Source: Gemmatimonadales bacterium (GTDB lineage: Bacteria > Gemmatimonadota > Gemmatimonadetes > Gemmatimonadales > GWC2-71-9). Taken from it: a stretch of DNA of 64,000 nucleotides. The position numbers and the translations under genes were made by a program. Below are positions 31,977 through 40,878 of this stretch, piece by piece; position 1 is the first letter of the stretch, and each line of letters opens with the position of its first letter. The stretch lies in assembly GCA_033853695.1 (NCBI GenBank), contig JAWOLH010000026.1:20299-84298 (forward strand). Reading direction: 5' to 3'. Under the pieces are notes generated by a model, which did not search any database, had not been told where the DNA came from, and was given only the letters and a program-made list of their open reading frames with translations.

Positions 31977-32360
31977 TTACTTTTTCAGGGCTGGTTTCTT
32001 TTTGCCTGCGATGGCGCGCCGCGGCCCCTTCTTGGTGCGCGCGTTGGTGTGGGTCCGCTGTCCCCGCACCGGCAGCCCCTTGCGGTGCCGCCCGCCACGA
32101 TACGTCCCGATATCCATCAGACGCTTGATGTTCATCGCGACTTCGGTGCGCAGCGCGCCTTCGACCTTGTAGTCGCGCTCGATCACCTGCCGCAGCCGCG
32201 CCACTTCCGCGTCACGCAAATCGCGCACGCGCGTGTCCGGACTCACGCCGGTCTCGGCGAGAATCCGCTTCGCGTTACTCCTGCCGATGCCGTAGATATA
32301 CGGCAACGCGAACTCGACCTTCTTTTCCCGGGGGAGATCCACACCGGCGATACGCGCCAT
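31977..32360 (-). CDS. rpsM: 30S ribosomal protein S13
   Basis: [34 protein letters not shown].... Confidence 0.97.
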   Translation of the reverse strand: MARIAGVDLPREKKVEFALPYIYGIGRSNAKRILAETGVSPDTRVRDLRDAEVARLRQVIERDYKVEGALRTEVAMNIKRLMDIGTYRGGRHRKGLPVRGQRTHTNARTKKGPRRAIAGKKKPALKK

Positions 32361-32364
32361 GACG

Positions 32365-32481
32365 CTAGCCCTGCCGCTGTTTGTGCTTGGGACTGCGCTT
32401 GCAGATCACCCGCAACACACCCCGACGCCGCACCACCTTGCAGTGCTCGCAGATCGGACGCACGCTCGAACGCACCTTCAC
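32365..32481 (-). CDS. rpmJ: 50S ribosomal protein L36
   Basis: GTG at 32481 gives (M)[37 protein letters not shown], 38 aa with the CxxC...C..H zinc pattern. The 61-aa track ORF is an upstream extension. Confidence 0.9.
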   Translation of the reverse strand: MKVRSSVRPICEHCKVVRRRGVLRVICKRSPKHKQRQG

Positions 32482-32521
32482 GCTTCGACTCCCCGCCAAA
32501 AGAGTTTCTCGTGAGCCTTGA

Positions 32522-32550
32522 ACTATAGACCGGCCCGTAAGTCCACGCAA
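32522..32550 (-). promoter_or_regulatory. Candidate sigma-70-type promoter of the rpmJ-rplQ (alpha) operon
   Basis: The minus strand reads TTGCGT (32550..32545), N17, then TATAGT (32527..32522). A GGGGAG-type SD follows, ahead of the rpmJ GTG. Confidence 0.4.
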
Positions 32551-32567
32551 GGGGCGCGATTACGCCC

Positions 32568-32984
32568 TCAGCGAGCGGTGCGCAACTCGACCACCACCCA
32601 CTGGTTTCCACGCCGCCGAAATCCGAGAAACACCGTCTCATGCCGCTCCTCCGTCGTCCCGGTGACGATGAAGCGACGCTGCAGTTCGACGTACCCGCGC
32701 CCCTCCTCCATCTCCCGCGCCACCCGGACCTCCACCGCCCGCTCCTGGGAAGTTCGCAGGTACCGCCCGAGTAGCTCGCTCGCCTGGTCCCGGCTAATCG
32801 CCGAGGAGGGGTCTGCCCCGGGGATCTCCAACGTCACCCCGGGACTTCCGGCGAGCAGGGCGGCGGGATCGTGCGCGAGCCACGCCGAGCGCGCCCGGGC
32901 GGCGGCCTCGTCCAACCCGCCCCCTCCCTGCCCGGCGAGCGACCCGCCGATCATCAGCACGCACCCGATCCAAGCCCGATTCAT
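32568..32984 (-). CDS. Small secreted protein, DUF4783-like (NTF2-like fold family)
   Basis: Signal-like N-terminus MNRAWIGCVLMIGGSLAGQ. The pattern ...LEIPGA....AISRDQASELLGRYL......VEV.......GRGYVELQRRF.......ERHETVFLGFRRRGNQWVVVELR matches my recollection of DUF4783. Not verified by search. Confidence 0.55.
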   Translation of the reverse strand: MNRAWIGCVLMIGGSLAGQGGGGLDEAAARARSAWLAHDPAALLAGSPGVTLEIPGADPSSAISRDQASELLGRYLRTSQERAVEVRVAREMEEGRGYVELQRRFIVTGTTEERHETVFLGFRRRGNQWVVVELRTAR

Positions 32985-33655
32985 ATGGATTTCAGTATCT
33001 GCTGGTACACCAGTGCGGGATCGGCCGCGCGCGTAATCGGGCGCCCGACGACGAGATGCGTCGCACCGAGGCGGACCGCCTCCGACGGCGTGACGGTCCG
33101 GGCCTGATCGTCCGTCGGGTCACCCGCCAGCCGCACTCCGGGCACCACGATCCACGGCTGGTTCCCCAGTGCGGCCCGCACGATGCCGATCTCCCGTCCT
33201 CCGGTCACCACGCCACGCAGTCCGGCCGCCAGAGCGATCCGGGCGAGCCGCTCGCCTTCGAGTCCCATGTCGGGGACGCCCCGGCCGACGATCTGCTCCA
33301 TGTCCACGGTTGTGTGCGACGTCAGTACCGTGACCCCGATGAGGGGAAGATCGCCCGCCGCCCGGACCGCGGCCACCAGCATGTCGTGCCCGCCAAGGCA
33401 GTGGACCGTCGCCATGGCGACCCCCAGCTCGCGCGCGGCCCCAACCGCCCGCTCGACCGTGCTCGGGATGTCATGCCATTTGAGGTCGAGAAACACCCGG
33501 ACATCGCGAGCGGTGAACTCCCGCACCAGCGCCGGCCCCTCCCGTACGAACAACGCCGACCCGATCTTCGCCCAGCTGAGCGTCGGGAGCCGATCGGCGA
33601 GGGCGAACGCCTCGCGGCCGCTCGAGTGGTCAAAGGCGACAATGAGCTCAGCCAC
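32981..33655 (-). CDS. pyrF: Orotidine 5'-phosphate decarboxylase
   Basis: LIVAFDHSSG.EA..LA..L......KIG..LF...GP.LV.....R...VFLDLKWHDIP.TV is the type-1 OMPdecase motif (DLK.HDIP). Confidence 0.9.
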   Translation of the reverse strand: MAELIVAFDHSSGREAFALADRLPTLSWAKIGSALFVREGPALVREFTARDVRVFLDLKWHDIPSTVERAVGAARELGVAMATVHCLGGHDMLVAAVRAAGDLPLIGVTVLTSHTTVDMEQIVGRGVPDMGLEGERLARIALAAGLRGVVTGGREIGIVRAALGNQPWIVVPGVRLAGDPTDDQARTVTPSEAVRLGATHLVVGRPITRAADPALVYQQILKSI

Positions 33656-34487
33656 GTGCCAGATCCCGGGCTATGCGCTCGGGGACTCGAGGGTCGGCGA
33701 GCGCCGCCGTCCCCACCGCCACCAGCGCGGCCCCGGCATGCAGGTACTCGCGCGCATCCGCCGCGGTGCACACGCCGCCGACGCCGATAACCGGGAGATC
33801 CAAGCGCTCACGGACACGTCGGGTGGCGAGCACGCCGATGGGAAGCAGCGCCGGCCCGCTCATGCCGCCGAACGGGTTGCCGAGGCGGCCTTCGAGCATC
33901 CCCGGCATGGTGTTGACGAGGCTCACAGCGTCCGCCCCCTCCTGGTGCGCCACGCGCGCCATGGCGACGATGTCGGGCAGCGCCGGCGAAAGCTTGATCA
34001 CGAGTGGCTTCGTAGTGCGGTGGCGGCAGCGCCGAACCAACTGCGCCAGGACCTCCGAATCGGCGCCGAACTCGAGGCCGCCGGCCGAGGTGTTGGGACA
34101 AGACGCGTTGATCTCGAACGCCGTGATCACGGCGGCGCCGGTCAATCGCTCCACCACCTGCTCGTAGTCCTCGATCCTCGCCCCGGCCACGTTGACGAGC
34201 ACCCGCGCCCGGGACAGCCGGCCTGCGAGCCAGGGGAGGTCGTGTGTCGCGACCGCTTCGAGACCGGGGTTGGCCAGGCCGACCGCGTTGAGCATGCCCC
34301 CCGGAAACTCCGCCACGCGCGGGCCGGGATGCCCCCGGCGCGGCTCGGGAGTCACCGCCTTGGTCACGAGTCCCCCGAGAGCATCAAGATCGATGACGCC
34401 GTCGATTTCTCTCCCGAATCCCGCTGTACCGGCCGCGAGCAGCACCGGGTTTTGAAACCGGGCTCCGAAGATTTCGGTCGCGATCAG
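33648..34487 (-). CDS. pyrD: Dihydroorotate dehydrogenase, class 1 (Cys active site)
   Basis: FQNPVLLAAGTAGFG...GLVTKAVT.EPR.G.P.PR..E...GMLNAVGLANPG...FEINASCPN...IKLSP...VSLVNT...GGMSGPAL.P...IIGVGGV. The track ORF begins at GTG 34445 inside the conserved N-terminus. I extend it to CTG 34487 (see finding). Confidence 0.85.
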   Translation of the reverse strand: MIATEIFGARFQNPVLLAAGTAGFGREIDGVIDLDALGGLVTKAVTPEPRRGHPGPRVAEFPGGMLNAVGLANPGLEAVATHDLPWLAGRLSRARVLVNVAGARIEDYEQVVERLTGAAVITAFEINASCPNTSAGGLEFGADSEVLAQLVRRCRHRTTKPLVIKLSPALPDIVAMARVAHQEGADAVSLVNTMPGMLEGRLGNPFGGMSGPALLPIGVLATRRVRERLDLPVIGVGGVCTAADAREYLHAGAALVAVGTAALADPRVPERIARDLARG

Positions 34488-35857
34488 GGGGCCTCGAGTT
34501 TGGGTCCGCGGGGCCCCGTGTGCGGCGGCTCGACGGCAGGGGTCGAGGATCCGGCTATCGCGTTGCGCGCGCCGCTGACGCCCAGGGCGACGGCGAGCGA
34601 ATCTTCCATCGCCCCATACGCGGGACTCGCGAGGCCGTGGAATGCTTGCGTGTATGGCGAATCGGCATACCGGGTGCGCAACGCGTCATCGACCGAGTCG
34701 AGAGCCTCGGGACGGAGTTGGCCGGCGGCGATCAGCGCCTTGGGCGCGAACAGCGAGGTCGGGTGCGCCGCGGCGAACTGCAGAAACAAGCCGGCCGCGA
34801 GCGCGGGAGCGGCGAGTGAGTCGCGTGCCAGCTCGGCGTCGCGGAAGGCCTTCACCTCGGTGGTGTCCTCGCGCTGGATCGCCTGGATCTCGGCCTGCAG
34901 CGCGCGGGCCTCGGTCACGGCAGATCCGGCGGCGGTCAGCTCGACGAGGCGGGTGGAGATCGAGTCGAGGTCCGCCAGAGTCCGCGCCTGCGCGAGACGG
35001 ACACGCTCGACCCGCACACGCGCGCGAGCGGCCTCAGCCGAATCGGGAACGAGGGCCGCGGCGGCGCCGTACCGCTCGAGGGCCCGGTCGAGTATGTGGG
35101 CGGCGCGCAACCGGTCGCCGTCGGCGATCAGCAAGCGGGCGCGGGACGCAAGCCGCAGCTTGCCCCGCGCCAGCAACCGATCGAGGGCGTCCGCCGCCGT
35201 CATCGGCCCCGCCGACCGTGACACCGCCTCGAGCGCATCGCTCCAACGGCCCTCGTCATCGTCGCGACGGGCGACGCTGTCAATCAGCACCACCGCCGCA
35301 CGCGGCCGGCCCGCTGCCGCCAGCGCCACGACGCACGCCGTGGCCGCCTCCGGGCGTGTCGACGCGGCGAACCGCTGCTCCGCCAGCGCATGATCGCCAC
35401 GCTGCTCCGCGGCGAGTCCGGCGATGTACGCCGCGCTCGAGCGCCGTCCCGCATCGCGTGATTCGAGCACGGGCGCGAGATAACGCTCCGCGTCGGCGAG
35501 GCTTCCTTGCCTCACGGCGCACAGCGCCGCGGCGATGGATGCCCGCTCCCGCAGGCCGTCGTCGGTCACCGTGGCGACCGCACGGTTCAGCGGGGGCATC
35601 GCGGCCTCGCAGCTGCCGCTCCGAGCCAGCCCCTCTCCCTGCAGGACCAGAGCCTCGTCGGCCCAGCGGCTGCGCGGATGATGCACGAGCACGGTCTCGG
35701 CTTTGGCCGCCGAGCGGCTCCAGTTGAGCCGCGCCTCGTCGGCCATCCCCTGCGCCTCGAGCTTGCGCGCATCGCTCGCGAGGCGGTTCGCCGTCCACAA
35801 GCCGTTGTAGTACGCACATCCAGCGAGGGCGAGTGTCAAGAACAGGCAGCGCCTCAT
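34484..35857 (-). CDS. TPR-like repeat lipoprotein of unknown function
   Basis: Lipobox LTLALAGC at the N-terminus. The protein is long, Ala/Arg-rich and helical-repeat in character. It is translationally linked to the amidase upstream (4-nt overlap) and to pyrD downstream. Confidence 0.65.
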   Translation of the reverse strand: MRRCLFLTLALAGCAYYNGLWTANRLASDARKLEAQGMADEARLNWSRSAAKAETVLVHHPRSRWADEALVLQGEGLARSGSCEAAMPPLNRAVATVTDDGLRERASIAAALCAVRQGSLADAERYLAPVLESRDAGRRSSAAYIAGLAAEQRGDHALAEQRFAASTRPEAATACVVALAAAGRPRAAVVLIDSVARRDDDEGRWSDALEAVSRSAGPMTAADALDRLLARGKLRLASRARLLIADGDRLRAAHILDRALERYGAAAALVPDSAEAARARVRVERVRLAQARTLADLDSISTRLVELTAAGSAVTEARALQAEIQAIQREDTTEVKAFRDAELARDSLAAPALAAGLFLQFAAAHPTSLFAPKALIAAGQLRPEALDSVDDALRTRYADSPYTQAFHGLASPAYGAMEDSLAVALGVSGARNAIAGSSTPAVEPPHTGPRGPKLEAP

Positions 35858-37170
35858 GGCGCGCCGCCGATCGCCACTTTGCGCTCGAACTCGAGCAGGT
35901 AGCTCACGATGCCGTCGGCGAGGGCGCTCGCGATCTTGCGTTCCCCCGCGGAAGAGGCGAGGAATGCTCCGTCGCCCTTGTTGGTCGAGAATCCGGTCTC
36001 GACGAGAATCGCGGGCCGCCGCGCGCTGTTGAGAACGTAGAAGCCGGCCTGCTGCACGCCGCGATCCTCTCCCGGATGGATGCGGGCGACCTTCTGCTGG
36101 ACCAGCTCGGCGAGCCGTGCCGACTCCCGCAGGTACTCGTTCTGCTGCAGGTCCTTGAGGATCGTCGCCAGGCCGCCCTCGACCGCCTGAGCATCGGGCG
36201 ACTCGAAGCGGATCGCGTCGTTTTCCATCTGTGCCACGCGGCGCTGGTCCTCGGTCTTGGCGTCGGAGAGGAAATACGTTTCTACTCCGCTCGCCACGGC
36301 GTTCCGCTTGCCGTCCGGCATCGAGTTGACGTGGATGCTGACGAACAGGTCGCAGTCGTCATGGCAGTACCCCGCGCGATCGTGCAGGTCGATCAGCGTA
36401 TCGCCGGTGCGCGTCAGCGTCGCCACAATCCCCCGGCTCGCCAGCTCGTCGCGCAGCAGTTTCCCGATCGCGAGGTTGACGTCCTTCTCGGTCATCCCCG
36501 GCGGGAAGAACCGGCCCGGGTTTCCGGGATCGCGCCCGCCGTGGCCCGGATCGATCACGACTACATGGCGATGACGCAGACCCGTAATCGGATTGGGCTT
36601 GTCGCGCACCGGCCCGGCGGCCGGGATCGCTGGAACACGCGGGGGCGCGGCAGTCGTTGCCACCGGAGTCGCGGAGCCGGATCCCCCCGTCTGCGAGTCG
36701 GCGGGTTGGCGCGCCGTGGGACCGGAGGTGGGCGGACCAACGGGCGGATCCGCGCGCACAACCGCCGCTTCCGCCGGAGCCGATGCGCTTTCCGTCAACC
36801 GGCTGCCCTCCGGATCCCAGCGGAAGCGGCCCGCGAACACCCGCGGGACACAGTCGGTGAACCAGGCGAGCGGCAGGAAGAGCGTGTCGCGGGCGACGTA
36901 CGACTCGTCTACCAGCTCGCACATCCGGGTCCCGATGCGGGCATACGGCGAGCCGAACGCGAACACGAAGCCCGCACCGCGCAGGACCACCGTCGCCCGC
37001 CCGCCTTCGATCGCGACCGCCAAGTCCAGAGGGCCCGTGACGAGCGGCGCCGCCACTGCGGCTCCCCGCTCGTGACTGATCGGGACGCTCGCGTCGCCGC
37101 GCGCCGTGGTAATGCGGACCGAGTCGCGCGGTGCCAGCGCCTGCAGGGCCAGGGATAGCTGCAAGATCAC
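35854..37170 (-). CDS. N-acetylmuramoyl-L-alanine amidase (Amidase_3, AmiC-like) with an N-terminal extra domain
   Basis: C-terminal catalytic domain VVVIDPGHGGRDPG......EKDVNLAIGK.L...L...G..V.LTR..D......R........DLFVSIHVNS.......GVETYFL...A..ILVETGF.TN. GTGA overlap with the smpB stop. Confidence 0.85.
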   Translation of the reverse strand: MILQLSLALQALAPRDSVRITTARGDASVPISHERGAAVAAPLVTGPLDLAVAIEGGRATVVLRGAGFVFAFGSPYARIGTRMCELVDESYVARDTLFLPLAWFTDCVPRVFAGRFRWDPEGSRLTESASAPAEAAVVRADPPVGPPTSGPTARQPADSQTGGSGSATPVATTAAPPRVPAIPAAGPVRDKPNPITGLRHRHVVVIDPGHGGRDPGNPGRFFPPGMTEKDVNLAIGKLLRDELASRGIVATLTRTGDTLIDLHDRAGYCHDDCDLFVSIHVNSMPDGKRNAVASGVETYFLSDAKTEDQRRVAQMENDAIRFESPDAQAVEGGLATILKDLQQNEYLRESARLAELVQQKVARIHPGEDRGVQQAGFYVLNSARRPAILVETGFSTNKGDGAFLASSAGERKIASALADGIVSYLLEFERKVAIGGAP

Positions 37171-37634
37171 GCGCGGCGCGCCCGGAATTCCCGGGCGACC
37201 TCCCGTTCGGTCGCGCGCCGCTTCAGATCCTCGCGTTTGTCGTGCAGCTTCTTGGCCCGGGCGAGCGCGATCGCCACCTTCGCGACGCGATCCTTGAAGT
37301 ACAGCTCGAGGGGAATGAGGGTGAGGCCCTTCTGCGTGGTGCCGCCGATGAGCTTGCGGATCTCGGACTTGTGCAGCAGCAATTTGCGGGAGCGGGTCGG
37401 CGGAGGGTTGTTATAGCTACCCTGCGCATAGGGCGAGATCGTCAGCCCTTCGAGCCACACCTCTCCACGTTGCACATGCGCGTAGGCTTCGCCCAAGCTG
37501 GCCTTCCCTTCTCGCAACGACTTCACCTCGGTGCCGGTGAGCACCAAACCAGCCTCCCAGGTTTCCAGGAGGTGGTAGTCGTGTCGAGCCCGCGGATTGC
37601 GCGCGATGGAGATCTTGTTCAAGTCACCCGGCAA
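37167..37634 (-). CDS. smpB: SsrA-binding protein
   Basis: IARNPRARHDY.LLETWEAGLVLTGTEVKSLREGKASL.EAYA.......L.G..ISPY.....N..P.R.RKLLLHK.EI.KL.....KGLTLIPL.LYFK. Confidence 0.95.
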   Translation of the reverse strand: MPGDLNKISIARNPRARHDYHLLETWEAGLVLTGTEVKSLREGKASLGEAYAHVQRGEVWLEGLTISPYAQGSYNNPPPTRSRKLLLHKSEIRKLIGGTTQKGLTLIPLELYFKDRVAKVAIALARAKKLHDKREDLKRRATEREVAREFRARRA

Positions 37635-37670
37635 AAATAGAAACGTGGGGTCGAGGGGTCAAGCCAAGCA

Positions 37671-37700
37671 TTGACTTGGAGTTATACCGTCGTCTATATT
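37671..37700 (+). promoter_or_regulatory. Candidate promoter for tRNA-Leu
   Basis: TTGACT (37671..37676), an 18-nt spacer, then TATATT (37695..37700). The predicted TSS is about 12 nt upstream of the mature tRNA 5' end. Confidence 0.45.
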
Positions 37701-37719
37701 CGCCGTTCCGAAGTGGTGC

Positions 37720-37804
<85 letters not shown>

Positions 37805-37807
37805 CTC

Positions 37808-38935
37808 TCAATAGCGCGCCAGCTGGGGATCGACCTCCGTCGCCCATGCGTCAATCCCACCCCGCACACTCCACACCTTCGAGAATCCCGCCGCCCGCAA
37901 CAGCTCGACCGCCTGGCGCGAGCGCGTTCCGTGATGGCAATAGACGAGCACCTCGGCGTGCCCGTCGAGCTCCCGCAACCGGGCGGGCAGCTCGCGCAAC
38001 GGCACGTGCCGGGCCCCGTCGACGTGCACGATGTCCCACTCGAACGGCTCGCGGACGTCGAGCAGCACGACCGCGCGGTCTCTCCCGCGTGCCGCGCTCG
38101 CATCGGTCGCGGAGATCTCGCCGTCCGCCGCCCTCGGCGCGCCGACCCCGCAGAATGCCTCGTAGTCGATCAGCTGGGTCACGGTTGGATGCGGACCGCA
38201 CAGCACGCACTCGGGATCTTTCGTGAGGGCGATCTCACGGAACTGCAGTTTCATCCCGTCGAACAACAGCAGGCGTCCGATGAGCGGCAGGCCGGTGCCG
38301 GTGACGAGCTTGATCGCCTCGAGTGCCTGGAGGCTGCCGATTACACCGGGAACCACACCCAGCACGCCGCCCTCGGCGCAGGACGGCACCAGCTCCGGAG
38401 GAGGCGGCTCGCGGTACAGGCAGCGGTAGCAGGGTCCGCGGTGCGTATCGAATACCGACACCTGTCCTTCGAATCGCAGCACGGCGCCGTACACCGTCGG
38501 AGTCCCGAGCAGGACGCAGGCGTCGTTGACGAGATAGCGGGTCGGGAAGTTGTCGCTGCCGTCCAGGACGACGTCCCACCCCCGCAGGCGCTCGAGGGCG
38601 TTCGCCGCGGTGAGACGGGCCTCGATCGTCTCCACCTGCACGTGCGGGTTCAGGTCGGCGAGGCGCGCCCGGGCCGAGGCGAGTTTCGATGTCCCGACGG
38701 CGGCGGTGCCGTGCAGCACCTGGCGCTGCAGATTCGACCCATCCACCACGTCGAAATCGATCAGGCCGATCGTCCCGACCCCCGCGGCGGCGAGATACAA
38801 AGCCGCCGGGGAGCCGAGACCGCCGGCGCCGACGAGGAGTACGCGGGCGGCTTTGAGGCGTTCCTGTCCCGCAAGACCGATCTCGGGCAGGATCAGGTGG
38901 CGGGAGTAGCGGATCAGCTCGTCGTGTGACAGCAT
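37808..38935 (-). CDS. moeZ: MoeB/ThiF-family adenylyltransferase fused to a C-terminal rhodanese domain (MoeZ-type sulfur-carrier activating enzyme)
   Basis: YSRHLILPEIG..GQ..L..A.VLLVGAGGLGSP.ALYLAAAGVG..GL.D.D.V..SNLQRQ, Zn motifs CYRC...PSCAEGGVLG, and a rhodanese loop YCHHGTRS. The stop is only 4 nt from the convergent tRNA 3' end. Confidence 0.85.
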   Translation of the reverse strand: MLSHDELIRYSRHLILPEIGLAGQERLKAARVLLVGAGGLGSPAALYLAAAGVGTIGLIDFDVVDGSNLQRQVLHGTAAVGTSKLASARARLADLNPHVQVETIEARLTAANALERLRGWDVVLDGSDNFPTRYLVNDACVLLGTPTVYGAVLRFEGQVSVFDTHRGPCYRCLYREPPPPELVPSCAEGGVLGVVPGVIGSLQALEAIKLVTGTGLPLIGRLLLFDGMKLQFREIALTKDPECVLCGPHPTVTQLIDYEAFCGVGAPRAADGEISATDASAARGRDRAVVLLDVREPFEWDIVHVDGARHVPLRELPARLRELDGHAEVLVYCHHGTRSRQAVELLRAAGFSKVWSVRGGIDAWATEVDPQLARY

Positions 38936-39000
38936 CGCGGTTCAGGCGAAGTATCACCGAGCCGCCCCGCCCGTTCAATGGGCCCGGCGATCCCGCGGGC

Positions 39001-39414
39001 CTAGTGCACGAGTACGCCGATGACGATTCCCGCCACGTTCATGCGAACGAGCCACGCCCAGAACGTCGCATTCATGAGCGCGCGCACGCGGTCGTACCAG
39101 ACGCCGGTGCCGATCGTCGAGAGGGCGATCGTCGGCAGCCACAGGATGGTGGCGAACTCCATCCCCGCGAGGACGCCGCCGCCACGCACCCACAGGTTCT
39201 CCATGAAGCGCCGGTAGAAAAACGCCAGCAGCACGCCGAAGACCAAAGCCAGCACCGCCGACTTCACCATCATCGGTCCCATGTTCATCGGCTGACTGGG
39301 AGACGGCTTCGTCACGTACTCATCCATGCCCTTCGTGAACACTTTGGTCCACAGGAAGAAATCGGCGAACCACGCCGCCAGCCCCGCGATCAATCCCGCG
39401 AGCCACCAGGTCAT
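39001..39414 (-). CDS. Small integral membrane protein (DUF1761-like)
   Basis: Four predicted hydrophobic segments. The N-terminus MTWWLAGLIAGLAAWFADFFLW resembles the DUF1761 family from memory. No catalytic motif is recognised. Confidence 0.55.
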   Translation of the reverse strand: MTWWLAGLIAGLAAWFADFFLWTKVFTKGMDEYVTKPSPSQPMNMGPMMVKSAVLALVFGVLLAFFYRRFMENLWVRGGGVLAGMEFATILWLPTIALSTIGTGVWYDRVRALMNATFWAWLVRMNVAGIVIGVLVH

Positions 39415-39440
39415 GTCCCCTCCGGTTGGATGGTGTGATG

Positions 39441-40853
39441 CTACCCGCCTCCTCCGATGCCGCGCACGCCGATGTCCGTCATGGCGCGCAGGTCGAGCAC
39501 TTCGTCGAGCTCTTTCCCCTTGAGGATGCCCTTCTGCAGCAGCAGCTCACGCACCGAGAGGTTCCGCTCCACGGCTTCCTTCGCGAGCTTCGCCGCTTCG
39601 GCGTAGCCGATTGTGGGCGCGAGCGCCGTCACCAGGGCGGGACTGCGATCGAGCCAGTATGCGCACATCGCCTGGTCCGCGGCGATGCCGTCGATGCAGC
39701 GCTCCGCCAGCACCCGGGTAGCGGACGTGAGGATGGCGATCGTGAGAAACAGGTTTTGGGCGATCAGCGGCATCATCACGTTCAGCTCGAGCTGCCCCGC
39801 TTCGGCCGCGGCGGCGATGGTGACGTCGTTCCCGATCGCCTGGAAGCAGACCATGTTGACCATTTCCGCGATCGACGGATTGACCTTCCCCGGCATGATG
39901 CTCGACCCGGGCTGTACCGCCGGGAGCCGGATTTCCGCCAAGCCGGTCCGCGGTCCGGAGGCGAGGAGCCGGATGTCGCTCGCGATCTTCCCCAGGTCGA
40001 CGGCGTACGTGCGCAGCGCGCCCGACAGAGCGGTCGCGTCGCCCATCGACTGCATCAACTGGACGCGGTCCCTGCCCTCGCGCAGGTCGAGCCCGGTCAC
40101 CGCGCGCAGGTGTTTGACCATGAGCCCGGGGTAGGCGGGCTCAGCGTTCAACCCCGTCCCGACGGCGGTCCCACCGATCCCCAAGTCCCCCAGGTCATCG
40201 GTCGTGCGCGCGATGCGCTCGCGATTGCGTTGCACGGTATGCCCGTACGCCGTGAACTCCTGGCCCAGGCGGATCGGCGTCGCATCCTGCAGATGCGTGC
40301 GCCCGGACTTCAGCACCTGATCGAATGCCGTGCCCTTCGCCAGAAGCGCCTGGCTCAGCCGATCGAGCGCCGGGAGGAGCCCGCGCACCAGCGAGAGCGC
40401 CCCGAGCCGGATCGCCGTCGGGATCACGTCATTGGTGGACTGGGCCATGTTCACGTGATCGTTCGGGTGCACCGGCGTGTAGCTTCCACGCGTCCCGCCG
40501 AGCAGCTCGTTGGCGCGGTTCGCCAGCACCTCATTCACGTTCATGTTGTGCGAGGTGCCGGCGCCCGCCTGATAGGGGTCGACCACGAATTGATCGCGGT
40601 GCCGGCCGCCCAGGACCTCATCGGCCGCCCGGACGATGGCGTCGGCGAGCTTCGCGTCGAGCCGACCGGTCTCCCGGTGCGTGAGGGCGGCGGCCTTCTT
40701 GACCCACACGACGGCGTCGATGAAGACCGGCTGGGGCGCGAGTCCGGAGATCGGAAAGTTCTGCCGCGCCCGCTCGGTCTGGACTCCGTAGAGGGCGTCG
40801 CCGGGAACCGGCAGCTCGCCCAGCGGATCGCGTTCGACACGCGTCGTGCTCAT
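39441..40853 (-). CDS. aspA: Aspartate ammonia-lyase (class II fumarase/aspartase family)
   Basis: Signature GSSIMPGKVNP. DPYQAGAGTSHNMNVNEVLANRA and PNDHVNMAQSTNDVIPTA fit AspA (QGGAGTS, HVN..QSTND) better than FumC (QTGSGTQ, SQSSND). Confidence 0.8.
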   Translation of the reverse strand: MSTTRVERDPLGELPVPGDALYGVQTERARQNFPISGLAPQPVFIDAVVWVKKAAALTHRETGRLDAKLADAIVRAADEVLGGRHRDQFVVDPYQAGAGTSHNMNVNEVLANRANELLGGTRGSYTPVHPNDHVNMAQSTNDVIPTAIRLGALSLVRGLLPALDRLSQALLAKGTAFDQVLKSGRTHLQDATPIRLGQEFTAYGHTVQRNRERIARTTDDLGDLGIGGTAVGTGLNAEPAYPGLMVKHLRAVTGLDLREGRDRVQLMQSMGDATALSGALRTYAVDLGKIASDIRLLASGPRTGLAEIRLPAVQPGSSIMPGKVNPSIAEMVNMVCFQAIGNDVTIAAAAEAGQLELNVMMPLIAQNLFLTIAILTSATRVLAERCIDGIAADQAMCAYWLDRSPALVTALAPTIGYAEAAKLAKEAVERNLSVRELLLQKGILKGKELDEVLDLRAMTDIGVRGIGGGG

Positions 40854-40878
40854 CGGTTCGTTCCCTTCGAGCTCAAGT

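Noticed and set aside
38936-39000. A GGCCCG...CGGGCC hairpin and TTGAAC-17-GATACT upstream of moeZ, considered as a terminator plus promoter pair.
   Set aside because: It is plausible but weak (6-bp stem, poor -10). I was not confident enough to list it as a feature.
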